Both the position numbers and the translations under genes were made by a program. From the human T2T-CHM13v2.0 reference genome, Homo sapiens, in assembly GCF_009914755.1 (NCBI RefSeq), contig NC_060930.1: DNA of 64,000 nucleotides. One strand, 5' to 3'. Positions 14,033-24,792 of the stretch are shown piece by piece. The notes beneath the pieces are model-generated. The model did not search any database and was not told where the DNA came from. It saw nothing but the letters and a program-made list of their open reading frames with translations. Positions within the stretch are counted from its first letter, which is position 1. Each line of letters opens with the position of its first letter.

Positions 14033-14482
14033 TTTTCTGAAGTCACTCTCTCTTGGGCCAGAATTTACTGGAGGTCAAGGAGGCAAAAGGGTGGAAGAAC
14101 TACAGAGATGTTAGATCCTTCACTTGCAGATAAATCGCATTACGAAAGTCAGTCACCATTTCAGAGTTGCACACAGGACACAATGCCTAGTGGGTATTTA
14201 CATGTGCCAAAGCAACGCATTGGCTGAGAAGATCGCTGATGACGTTTAACTTGTATAGCATCCTTCAAAACATCATGACTCTTGGGAGAACATGTTCATT
14301 GGATACAGAAAACATAAAAATTCTACAAAGCATATATTTTCTTACCTCTTAAAAATGGACCAAACCAAATGCATTACAAAACCTCAGGTTTACAAAATAG
14401 CAGACAAATAAATTAAACACTGGCATAATTGAGCTATGGTGAATAAATACTGCCAGTCTAATTTGAGGAACTAGTTTGAACA

Positions 14483-15371
14483 CAGTCATGCATCATTTAA
14501 CGACAGAAACACATTCTGAGAAATGTGTCCTTAGGTGATTTTGTTGGGCCCAAATCACACAGTGCACTTACACAAACCCACATAGTAGAGTCTACTATAC
14601 AACTAGGCCATATAGTATAGCCTATTGCTCCTATACTACAAATCTGTATACTCATTTAAGCAACTATAACATGGTGATAATTATTTGTGTTTCTAAACAT
14701 TTCGAAACAGTTTTACTGTGCAGTAAAATATAGCATAAAAGATAGAAAATGGCTGGGTGCCATGGCTCATGCCTGTAATCCCAGCACTTTGGGAGGCCAA
14801 GGCAGGCAGATCACTTGAGGCTAGCTAGGAGTTTCAGACCAGCCGCCTGGCAGACATGGCGAAACCCCATCTCTACTAAAAACACAAAAATTAGCCAGGC
14901 GTGGTGGCATGCACATGTAATCCCAGCTACTTGGGTGGCTGAGGCACGAGGATCACTTGAACCTAGGAGGGGGAGGTGGCAGTGAGCAGAGATCACACCA
15001 CTGTACTCCAGCCTGGGCGACAGATTGAGGCTCTCTCTCAAAAAAATAAAAAGATAGAAAATGGTACACATGTACAGGCACTCACCATGAAGGAAGCCTG
15101 CAGGACTGGAAGTTGCTCTGGGTGAGTGAGTGAGTGAGAGGTGAGTCAATATGAAGGCCTAGGACATGACTGCACACTACTGTAGAATTTGTAAACACTG
15201 TACACTTAGGCTAAAGGAAATTTAAAAATAAGGTAATTGTGCTATGATGTTTGGATGGCTACCACGTCACTACATGATTAAACAATTTTCAAGTCCATTA
15301 TAATCTTCTGGTATCAACACTGTATATGTGGTCTGCCGCTGACCGAAACGTCATTATGTGGTGCACGACTA
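14483..15371. mobile_element. Tigger3-family (MER7 type; size fits Tigger3c) TcMar DNA transposon, interrupted by an Alu
   Basis: Ends CAGTCATGCATCATTTAACGAC and GACCGAAACGTCATTATGTGGTGCACGACTA. Internal GGACTGGAAGTTGCTCTGGGTGAGTGAGTGAG is typical. About 580 bp without the Alu. Confidence 0.88.
14751..15048 (+). mobile_element. Alu (J or old S) nested in Tigger3
   Basis: Full dimer. TSD AAAAGATAGAAAAT at 14737-14750 and 15049-15062. Confidence 0.96.
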
Positions 15372-15808
15372 TATCTTTAGTAAGAGGATCTTGGAATATT
15401 TCTAAGTAGAGAGCATATGAGATCCAAATTTACAAATAGACATAAAATTTATTTTAGCAAATTGTTTTCATGCAAAAGGAGGTTCTAAAATTATTTTAAG
15501 TGCTTAAAAGTTTGTTGTAGGTGTGCATTATTTGGACCTTGTCTAAACCATTAATATGCTAAACAAATCCTTTCTGCAGATATTGTCGATATAGTTATAA
15601 ACTCCAAATTAATGAGGCAAGTTAAAATAGCCTGACTTTAATTACACATAATACCTGATTGCATTTTCAATTCTGAGGTTTTATCAAGAATGTCCTGAGG
15701 CCCTATATAAGTTTCAAATTGTTATCTGAAATCATTTCATTTTAGAAGCCCAGTATGTACAAAATGAAGTTTGTAGAGCTATTGTTTATTATAATTTAAC
15801 AAATATCT

Positions 15809-16095
15809 GGCTGGGTGTGGTGGCTCATGCCTGTAATACCAGTGTTTAGAGAGGCTGAGGTGGGAGGATCACTTGAGGCCAGGAGTTTGAGAGTAGTCTG
15901 TGCAGCATAGTGACACTCTCTAAAAAAAAAGGTTTCTTTAATTAGCCAGGCACAGTGGCATGTACCTGTAGTCCTAGCTACTTGGGAGGCTGAGGCAGAA
16001 AGATCACCTGAGCGTAGGAGTTCAAGGTTACAGTGAGCTATGATTGTGGCCCGCATTCCAGCCTAAGCAGAAGAGCTACGCTGTCTCTTAAAAAA

Positions 16096-16096
<1 letters not shown>
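15809..16096 (+). mobile_element. Alu, AluJ-like
   Basis: GGCTGGGTGTGGTGGCTCATGCC...GGAGGATCACTTGAGGCCAGGAG...AGTTCAAGGTTACAGTGAGCTATGATTG; tail degenerates into (TA)/(TG). Confidence 0.94.
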
Positions 16097-16145
<49 letters not shown>

Positions 16146-16230
16146 CCAGGATATATATATATATATATGCACACACACACACACACATATCCAGGATATA
16201 TATACATATATGTATCCTGGATACACACTC
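16097..16230. repeat. Compound (TG)n/(TA)n/(CA)n microsatellite with inverted TATCCAGGATA units
   Basis: Seen directly in the sequence. Confidence 0.92.
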
Positions 16231-16284
16231 GCTTCAAGGGATTGAATACAATGTTTTGGAATATATATATATGTATAAATACAT

Positions 16285-16455
16285 GTTTTGGAAAACATGT
16301 ATATACACACATGTTTTGGAAAACCTGTATATACACACGTTTTAGAAAACCTGTATATACACACGTTTTGGAAAACCTGTATATACACACATGTTTTGGA
16401 AAACCTGTATATACACACGTTTTGGAAAACCTGTATATACACACGTTTTGGAAAA
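16285..16455 (+). repeat. Minisatellite, 26/28-bp unit GTTTTGGAAAACCTGTATATACACAC(AT), 6 full copies plus a partial
   Basis: Unit starts at 16285, 16313, 16339, 16365, 16393, 16419 and 16445. Confidence 0.95.
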
Positions 16456-16639
16456 GTCCTAAGGTAGATTCCTTAGCTTTAACGTTTTACATAAGCTTTA
16501 GTAAAAGATAAGGCTTTGATATCATTATTTCAACTTCCACTGGCTGAAGCAGCTTCCAAGGGATTCAAAAGAATTGCACATATTTTTTTTGGCTATTCAA
16601 AACAGCTGCATAGATGAGGGGATTTAGGAAGCCACCATG

Positions 16640-17755
16640 CATAGCCAGGGTGAAATGCAGACTCAGAAAAGACCTCACAAGATCTTAAGATTTCAATTTG
16701 GGATGATCCCTGGCACAGACACACCCTACAACAGTTAGAAAACCCACAGGAAATGCTAGGGAAGGGAAAGAACTGGATTTCCAAAGTTACCACATTCTAA
16801 GATTCAAATGTCCAGGTTTCAACAACAATGGAAAAATAAGACATAGAAAGGAAAAGGAAAGTACAGAGCACTCAAAGGAACAAAATAAAATGACATAAAA
16901 CATACCTGAGGAAGCCTAAACTTTGGACTTACCAGATAAATAACTATCTTTAAGGTAATCAAAGATCTAGGGTAAGTCATGGACAAAGACAGGAAAACAA
17001 TGTATGAACAAAATGAGAATAACAACAAAAAGAGAAATTTTAAAAAAGAAACCAAAAGAAATTCTGGAGCTGGAAAGTATAATAAGTAAAATGGAAAATA
17101 CAATAGAGGGGGCTCAAAAGCAAATTTAAGCAAGCAGAAGAATTAGTAAATTTGAAGGTCAAATTACTGAGTTTGAGAAACAGAAAGAAGAATGAATGAA
17201 AATGAATGAAAAAAAGTGAACAGCGCCTAAGGAACTCAAGGGACACCATCAAGCAGACCAACATAATCTGCAGGAGTCACAGAAGAAGCAGAGAGAAGAA
17301 GGGGCCAGAAAGTGTATTTGAAGAAGTAATGGTTGATAACTTCCCAAATTTGATGAAAAACATGACTCTACAAATCCAAGAAGCTCACCAAACAAGTAAG
17401 ATAAACTCAAAGAGAACTATCCTGAGACATATTCAAATTGTCAAAAGCCAAAGGTAAAGATGGAATCTTAAAAGCAGCAAAACAGTAACAATTCATCACA
17501 TATAAGGGATCTTCAATATGATTATCAGCCATTTTCTCATATGATATCTTGGAGGTAAGAAGGCCCAGTGGCTGATATATTCAAAGTGCTAAAACAAAAA
17601 CAATGTTAACCAAGAATTCTATATTTAGCAAAACTGTCCCATGAAACAAGGCAGAAAATAAGACATTCCCAGATAAGCTAAGAAAGTTCATTACCACTAT
17701 ACCTCTCCTACAAGAAACACCAAAGTGAGTCTTTCAGCTTGAAATTTTAAAAATG
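16640..17755 (+). mobile_element. Old L1 (L1M/L1MC-type) fragment spanning 5' region and ORF1, disrupted
   Basis: Translated stretch FEEVMVDNFPNLMKNMTLQIQEAHQT resembles the L1 ORF1p ENFPNL...QIQE motif. A-rich, with stops and frameshifts. Confidence 0.85.
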
Positions 17756-17760
17756 TAGCA

Positions 17761-18187
17761 TAGTTGACCCTTAACATGGAGGGTTAGGGGTGCCAAACCC
17801 CTGCACTGTAAAAAAATTACATATAATGTTTGACTCACCAAAAACTTAACTACTAATTCCGACTGTTGACTGCAAGCCTTGCTGATACCAAGAATTGTTG
17901 ATTAACACATATTTTGTATATGTGTACCATATACTGTATTCTTACAATGAAGAAAGCTACGGGAAAAAGTTTCATTAGGAAAATCATAAGAAACATATAT
18001 TTGCTATTAATTAAGTGGAAGTGGATCATCATAAAGGTCTTCATCCTTGTCTTCACATTGACTAGGCTTGAGAGAACAAGAAAGGGGAGGGGTCGGTCTT
18101 GATGTCTCAGGAGTGGCAGAAGTGGAAGAAAATCCATGTATAAGTGAACCTGCACAGTTCAAACCCATGTTGTTCAAGGGTTAACTG
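17761..18187. mobile_element. Tigger2a DNA transposon (near full length, ~430 bp)
   Basis: TIRs TAGTTGACCCTT... / ...TTCAAGGGTTAACTG. Internal AAGTGGAAGTGGATCATCATAAAGGTCTTCATCC. Confidence 0.9.
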
Positions 18188-18369
18188 TGTATCTATATTT
18201 CTAAATGAATATATATGGATATAGGAAGATACGTGTGTGTATCTATGTATGTGAACGTGTGCGTATGTGTATATAATTTTAAATGTTTGTATAACCAAAT
18301 AAAAAAATATATTATGCATAGGCATTTTCCCCTAAGAGGTTGTTTATCCAAGTTGACCCTACACCCAAT

Positions 18370-18679
18370 TTGTTTTGTTTGTTTTGTTTCTGGGACACAG
18401 TCTTGCTGTATCATCCAGGCTGGAGTGCACTGGTGTGGATCACAGCTCACTGCAGACTTAACATTCTGGGCTCACTCAGGTGATGCTCCTGCCTCAGCCT
18501 GTAAAGTAGCTGGGAACACAGGCACACGCCACCATGGCTGGCTAATTTCTAAAATGTTTTGCAGAGATGGGGTTCTGCCATGTTGGCTGGGCTGGTTGTG
18601 AACTCCTGGGCTCAAGCGATCCACCCTCCTCGGCCTCCCAAAATGCAGGGATTACAGGCGTAGCCACCACATCTGGCTG
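18370..18679 (-). mobile_element. Alu, AluJ-like, with (TTTG)n-type tail
   Basis: CAGGCTGGAGTGCA...CTCCTGGGCTCAAGCGATCC...GGGATTACAGGCG. Confidence 0.93.
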
Positions 18680-18974
18680 CTTACACCTAGTATTTTAATG
18701 AATCTTCTTATTAGGTGGACGGGGGGAATCAAATCATCATCAAATATTCCAAGCCACTTTATACATAGGCATATATGGTACATTTTAACTCTTCAACACT
18801 TAGCTCAAGAATCACCCTCTGTGTGCTATGTTCTTGGAAAGCTGCCTCTTGCCTCAGCCTAATTCAGAATCCTTTTTCTGTATGTTCTCATAACTACTGT
18901 CACAAGCCTTGGTTTTGAGTTATCTTACATAGAGCTGTAATCACTAGTTAACTTATCAGTCTCTTCTTCTAGAC

Positions 18975-19181
18975 TGCCGCTGTCCAATATGGTAGACACT
19001 AGTGGCTTTTTTATTTAAATTTAAATTAATCAAAATTAAATTAAATTAATAATTTAGTTCCTCAGTTATACTAGCCAAATTTCAAGTGCTCAAAATCTAC
19101 ATGTGGCTGTTGGCTATCATGTGGGACATTGCAGATATAGAACATTCCCATAAGCAGATAAAATTCTATTCACTAAAACTA
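18975..19181. mobile_element. MER3 (hAT-Charlie)
   Basis: CGCTGTCCAATATGGTAG...TTAAATTAATCAAAATTAAA...ATTTCAAGTGCTCAA...GCAGATATAGAACATT. Confidence 0.85.
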
Positions 19182-19189
19182 CTCTAGAT

Positions 19190-19365
19190 CAGGATTTCCC
19201 AACCTAGGCACTACTGACATTTTGTGACAAATAATTCTTTGTTGTGGAGTCTGTCTTATGCATTTTAAGATGCTTAGCAACTTCTACCCACTAGGTATCA
19301 AGACCATTCCCCCAGTAGCGACAACCAAAATGTCTCCACACATTGCCCTGGATTGAGAACCACTG
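19190..19365 (-). mobile_element. MER20 (hAT-Charlie)
   Basis: CCCAACCTAGGCACTACTGACATTTTG...ATAATTCTTTGTTGTGG...GACAACCAAAATGTCTCC...TTGAGAACCACTG. Confidence 0.88.
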
Positions 19366-21020
19366 TTCTAGACTCTAAACATCTTAAGGAGAGGGAGTAT
19401 GTGTATTCAGCTTTGTATTACATATAACCAACCACAGAGGATATAGTACAGGGGTTCAATGTATGTTAAGAAATAAAGACAAGAAGATGAGACAGAAGCA
19501 AGCCCTAAGCAGTGAGTGGTTTTCCACTCTAACAAAGGTACAACACTTCTCTAGTTTTTTTAAGCCAACAATAACTACAGCAATAAATGATGTAGTTGCT
19601 TTTGCCTAGAATGTAAGCGAATGATAAACTATATCTGGCACCTGTTCAGAAATCTATGTGATAGTTATTATCAACAAGATATTAAATTATCTGAAATTTA
19701 TATAAAATTGAATCCTCCACACTATACACTATAGTATACACACTATACTATAAGGCATTTCAGGGATAAGAAATATATATAACTCTTAGAACCTCTTCGA
19801 GAATATGCCTGTTTTGTAGACCGATATGTGAAAATGTACCCAAACACTTCAGAAAATGTAGTCCTTCCATTCATGTCTAGGAAACTATTTGCCCAAAGCA
19901 TTATAATTTTTAAATGGTTCTTCAAAAGTAATGCACATAAACATGATTATCTTGTTTGCTATATTTGGCCAATGCAGATACAGGTTCAATATTCCCAAAT
20001 CAGAATGATCCAGCAGAGTTATTCTGGTAAGGCCATTTGTAAATTGTTTCCTGATTGGCTACAAAGGCATTACTGCCATTATAGGATTAAAGTAAGTCAA
20101 TGGCTTTCTTCCCTCTAAATCATTCCGCTGGTTACACTGGCCTCCTGGACGTTAGGTCAAAGCCCTCCCATCCTGAAACTAAAGGAGAATTCAGTGGCTG
20201 TGTCCCATCTGCCATGTGTGACAAGTGATATAAGCAAGAATGCCTGTACTCTGGATCTGCCACTTACCAATGTGCCATTTCTCAGTTTCTTTAGTAAAAC
20301 GAGGAGTCCAGATAATCATTCCTTAAGGGAAGCGTGAAGGGAAAATCTCTATGAACTGCAAAACACTAAACAGATGCCAATTTTAAGTATTTTAGGTAAG
20401 GTTATAAAGTTTTTAGCAAAGGGACTAAAGAAGAGCACTCATCAATGAGAATTACAATCCCAGAGGCAGTTAGGGAAACATGACTTAGTAAAATAAAAAT
20501 AAACACTGTAGGATGCCATGTCACTCAGGCGATAGAAGAAAGTTTTTTATTCCAGCTTTCTGAGGATTCATCCGAACACACATATTCCTAACCTTTTTAG
20601 GTTTTTTATAAAATCTTGAAAATTCTTTAAGCACCTGTAGGGATTATTTATCTGAAGGAGCTGAAGCCTGCTTCTAGAGGTATTTGCCAGAGCAAGCTAG
20701 CATATTGAAAAATTAGATGTTCAATCCCTGGTAGCCTAGTTCCAGCCCACAGTCACCATCTCTCACCAGGTCTCTACACAGCCAATGCACAAAGGCCAAA
20801 GAGGAGTTTCAGCCACTTTTACCCTCCCCATAAGAATTTTTGTAAATACATAATTCCAAGGAAATTTCTGTCTGGTCACAGTTGGTTTGTTTTTAGAACA
20901 AAAAACCATAAGGTGGTTGATAACGTCTTCAGAAATTTAATAAATATATAAAAACTACCATCTTACGTGGTTTGATTAGCACTAAGTGAAGGTAGGGTAC
21001 AGAATTAAAATCTCTTTAGA

Positions 21021-21347
21021 ACAGTGGCTCATGTCTATAATCCTAGCACTCTGGGAGGCCAAGGTGGGAGGATCACTTGAGCAACTTGCTATATTGCCCA
21101 GGCTGGTCTCGAAGTTGTTCAGGAGTTTGAGACCAGCCTGGGCAATATAACAAGACCCCATCTCTACAAAAAATAAGAAAATTAGCCAGGTGTGGTGTCA
21201 TGTGCCTGTAGTCCCAGCTACTAGGGAGGCTGAGTCTGGAAGCTCCTCGAACCCACCAGGAGTTTGAGGTTGCAGTGAGTTATGATTGAGCCACTGCACT
21301 CTAGCCTGGGGGACGGAGTGAGACTCTCTATACCCCTACAAAAAAAA
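21021..21347 (+). mobile_element. Alu, AluJ-like, slightly 5'-truncated, with an internal inverted insertion
   Basis: CAGTGGCTCATGTCTATAATCC...; extra antisense Alu segment at 21085-21110. Confidence 0.93.
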
Positions 21348-21385
21348 CAATCCAAAACTCCTTAGAGATTAATTTTTATTTGTAG

Positions 21386-21577
21386 CATTTGACTCTGTGA
21401 CTGGAGTGATGGCTTTTATTTTTTTTATGTGTGTTGGAGAGCATGTAAATGCACTGACAGCCAGTCACAGCATGATCACCTACTTTTGTGCCCATTACAC
21501 AAGCAGTAACTTGGCTGTTCCGGACTCACTGGATGTTCAGGATGAAGAAGTGGAGAAGTGGAAAAGGACAGGTAAAG
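21386..21577 (+). other. Candidate plus-strand non-coding exon
   Basis: Acceptor TTTTTATTTGTAG (AG = 21384-21385). GAA-rich 3' part. Tandem donors CAG|GTAAAG (after 21571) and AAG|GTAAGC (after 21577). Confidence 0.3.
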
Positions 21578-23669
21578 GTAAGCCAGAGCCAAAGACTCCT
21601 TGGTCTTAAAAATAGTCCACCACATGCATTGTTAGCTTGACTGCAAAGCTCTTTTCAGTGAGAAAAGAATGAACAAAGTGAGGCCGACACATTTCAGAAA
21701 GCATATCTGCAAACTGCCTATAAGGCAAAAGCGAACTTTTCATTTTGTGTCTCGTAAGTTCTGTCTTTGCCTGCCACAGACCTGATGAGCTTCAGCGGAA
21801 AAGTCAGCATGAACATGTGAAGCACACGATGAACTTTATCAGGCTGCGTCTCTGTGGCCACTTTCCAGATCACATATTTACCCAGTAAAAACATTCAGGC
21901 CACACGAGGAAGGAAGTCTTCGGCTACTGAAGATCATTAGTAGCACTGAGTGCAACCACTGTCAGTTTTGTGGGGTTGGCCTCTGATCACTCACACAAAG
22001 GACGGAAAATTGCTGGCGCCGCTGGACCTGTGCCCAGCTCACCCGGCAGTGGAGCGTATGAAAGCCTTTTTTTTTTTTTTTTTTTTTTTAAACTAATGCA
22101 CTGGAAGGGGGCAAAGGGTGGCATGGACCCTCAGGCACATTAATCAGCAGGGGAATTGGCCAAATGTCGTCTCCCGCTGGGCTTCAATGCCAAAACTACA
22201 CGTGTCAGTGACTTCCAGAGAAGGGGAGGCCCCAGAACAACACTGGACACATCAAATGTCCTCCCTTCCTTCATATGGAAAGCTCATCTCGGAGGTGTCA
22301 GGATAAAACATGAGAACAGCATCTGTCCTCAGAGACCAAGCAGAGTGATTCACTATTTCATGGCACAATGAGGGGAGGAGGACGCTGTAATAAAAACTTT
22401 ATAAGGTGAAATCTAAATCCTGAATGCAGCACACATTTTTAAAACTTTTTTTTTTTGCCTTTTCTTCCTTTCCCTTCTCCTCCCCTTCCTGAGGGAACAT
22501 AACACAAGGTAATTAAATTGTAAATTACTTGAGAGAGAAATGTTTAGACTCATGACAAGTCTTTGTGCAGAAAACAAAACTTCACACCCCACACATATTT
22601 TGGATGACCTAATTCTTCCAGCGAAGTTTAAAACTATAACCAAGGTTGTTTAAAAAACCATTTTCACATGGAAGGGCAGTGGGTTGAAAGATCCTCATTA
22701 TTCAAGAGAAGGGAAATTTATGAAGGCAGAAATTAATACCAAACCCAAACTGCTCATTAAACAAACAAAGTAAATTAAGAAGTTGTTGGTTAGGTTTTCT
22801 CTATTTCTAGTCAATATCTAAATGAGAAACATGCTCTCCTTAAAATCACAATGCATATATCGCATCAAATCCATAGAACAACTCTAATATTCTTACTCAC
22901 TCAAAAATGAAGACATGTATATACAAACATAACTGAATCACAAAGTCAGAGCTTAGGTTCTGGTTAAAATTTACAAAAAAATTAAATAGAAATTATTAAG
23001 AATTAGCACCTTAAAATCTAGTAGTTAAAGTTCAATCCTGGTAGGTTACGGATTTGCAGGTTAAAATGCTTGGCATGCTTTGAAATTAAAACAGATGATA
23101 TTAATTTCATCAATTATCAAGAAAATAAAAGCTATTCTATAAGGATTCATTAAATGTCCATTGAAGATTTAAAAATATTTAAATCTAAAAGAGATTCCAT
23201 TTAAAATGTTCTCAGTGGTGGGGGAAAAATGCTGGGCTATTTTAAGGCACTAATTTCCATCTGGTAGAACAGATCCAGACCTACAATGTTGCATTTCCCT
23301 GAGCAATTGCTCTGAGGGCCTGGAGGTTACCAAATGTCAGAGGCACCATGATACATCATCTGTCTGTTGGCTCCAGTTGGGATCCATCTTTTCTTAGCGC
23401 TTGACATCTATGGGGAGAGTCGGCAACTCCCTTTCATTAAATAACAAAACACAACAAAATCCTTTATTTACAGTGCTTTTGTAAGATTTGGTTTAAGCAT
23501 CAGAAGTATGTTAAGCTTTTAACATACTTCTAAGTTAAATGCAAGATTACTCTGTTCTTAAAGAGAATTGAAGGGCAATTTCTTATTAAACAATTTCCTA
23601 TTAAACTTATTAAACTTATATAAACTATAACTTATTAAACTATACAATAATTCCAGAATAACTCATTTT

Positions 23670-23985
23670 TAAAGATCAGATATTGCATTCATATGGTTAA
23701 AATCTCAAAAATTAATGTGACATTACTCGATTTTCTCCATCCAGGTCCCGGGAACCCTGTTTGTTCCGTCCCCCTTCCTGCAACCAGGCAACCACAGGAA
23801 CAGTTTTATTACCCCCATCCACCTTTTTATACTACTTTATACACACTATTCTTGTTTTTTCAACTTAATGTCTCTGAGGGCATTTCAGTTTCACGGAGAA
23901 TGTTCTTGTACTTTCCTACAGATGCAAGCAAATCACATGATAGATTTACCACAGTTTAATTATTTTTTTATTTAGATATTAATTA
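23670..23985 (-). mobile_element. L1ME-type 3' fragment
   Basis: TATACACACTATTCTTG...TTTTCAACTTAAT...TACCACAGTTTAATTA resembles the antisense L1ME 3' UTR. Confidence 0.55.
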
Positions 23986-24029
23986 GTTCTCTACTGATAG
24001 AGAGGGAGAGGGAAGGAGGGAGGGAATAT

Positions 24030-24235
24030 AAAGTGAGTGCTAAGTGCTAACACGGGGCAAATAACACGGACGGGAGGGGCACAGAGTCTGTGTTGCGTAA
24101 GGGGGGGTCTGTCAGGGAAGTTTTCCTTGAGGACATGACATTGAAACTGGCTGAAGAACACCCTAAGGCAGCCAGAAGAAGAGCACACAGGGACAGATCA
24201 CTGGGATAGGGTGGAGGTGGCTTATGCTGCTGCAG
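24030..24235 (-). mobile_element. L2 fragment
   Basis: GTCAGGGAAGTTTTCCTTGAGGACATGACATTGAAACTGG. Confidence 0.6.
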
Positions 24236-24285
24236 GTCGGAACTCAGGGCAGCATTCTACATTCTGTGTCTCTAGAAGAGTGGAA

Positions 24286-24336
24286 GGAGGCGGCTTTGCT
24301 CTCCTTTCCCAACTCAGCTCCCACAACATCTCACAT
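24286..24336 (+). repeat. 51-bp dispersed direct repeat, copy A
   Basis: 49/51 identical to 27080-27130. Confidence 0.92.
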
Positions 24337-24792
24337 GCTGGGAGATCAGCAGCATTCTTTGTAGGGAGTTGTTATAACAAATTTGGTGAATTCTTATTCT
24401 GCTTTTACAGAAAATAATGTGAAACAGAGTTTACATAGAAGGAGATATGTCACTATAAAATAATCTTTAAAAATCTAGTAATTTTCACATTTAAATTACT
24501 AAATTAGATTTATGTCTTTTTAGGCTTGATAAACCAACTATTTTATAAGTTCTTAGATCTCTTTTGTATTTCTAATTCAAAAAACAAGTGCAGGCAGATG
24601 GGCATAAATATCATTTAATTTGTTGATTGTGAGGAACCATGAATAAAACTGCACATAATAAGTGCATTTGGAGTAAAACAATTCTTTAAGATATCAATTT
24701 GGTAATAGGGCAAAAAATAACTGTTAAATCAAGGAAAGAAGAGGCCATCAGTTTAATGTTCATGGGAGTCATTAGACATTTTTTTCATTTGC

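Larger units (their letters stand above)
18785..19480 (+). mobile_element. L2 3' region interrupted by MER3 and MER20
   Basis: ...CTCTTCTTCTAGAC | inserts | TTCTAGACTCTAAACATCTTAAGGAGAGGGAGTATGTGTATTC, colinear with the L2 3' end. Confidence 0.55.

Noticed and set aside
16285-16455. CRISPR-like array (GTTTT...AAAAC repeats)
   Set aside because: GTTTTGGAAAAC recalls type II repeat ends, but the intervening sequence is near-identical rather than unique spacers, and there are no cas genes. It is a VNTR.
16033-16511. Overlapping 70-135 aa ORFs with repetitive peptides
   Set aside because: They are artefacts of stop-poor micro- and minisatellite sequence.
17206-17457. Functional L1 ORF1p or domesticated gene
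   Set aside because: It is only a short open stretch in a frameshifted, stop-ridden old L1.
21781-21843. C/D-box snoRNA (TGATGA box C)
   Set aside because: There is no terminal CTGA box D before the closing stem on +, and the minus strand lacks a proper box C.
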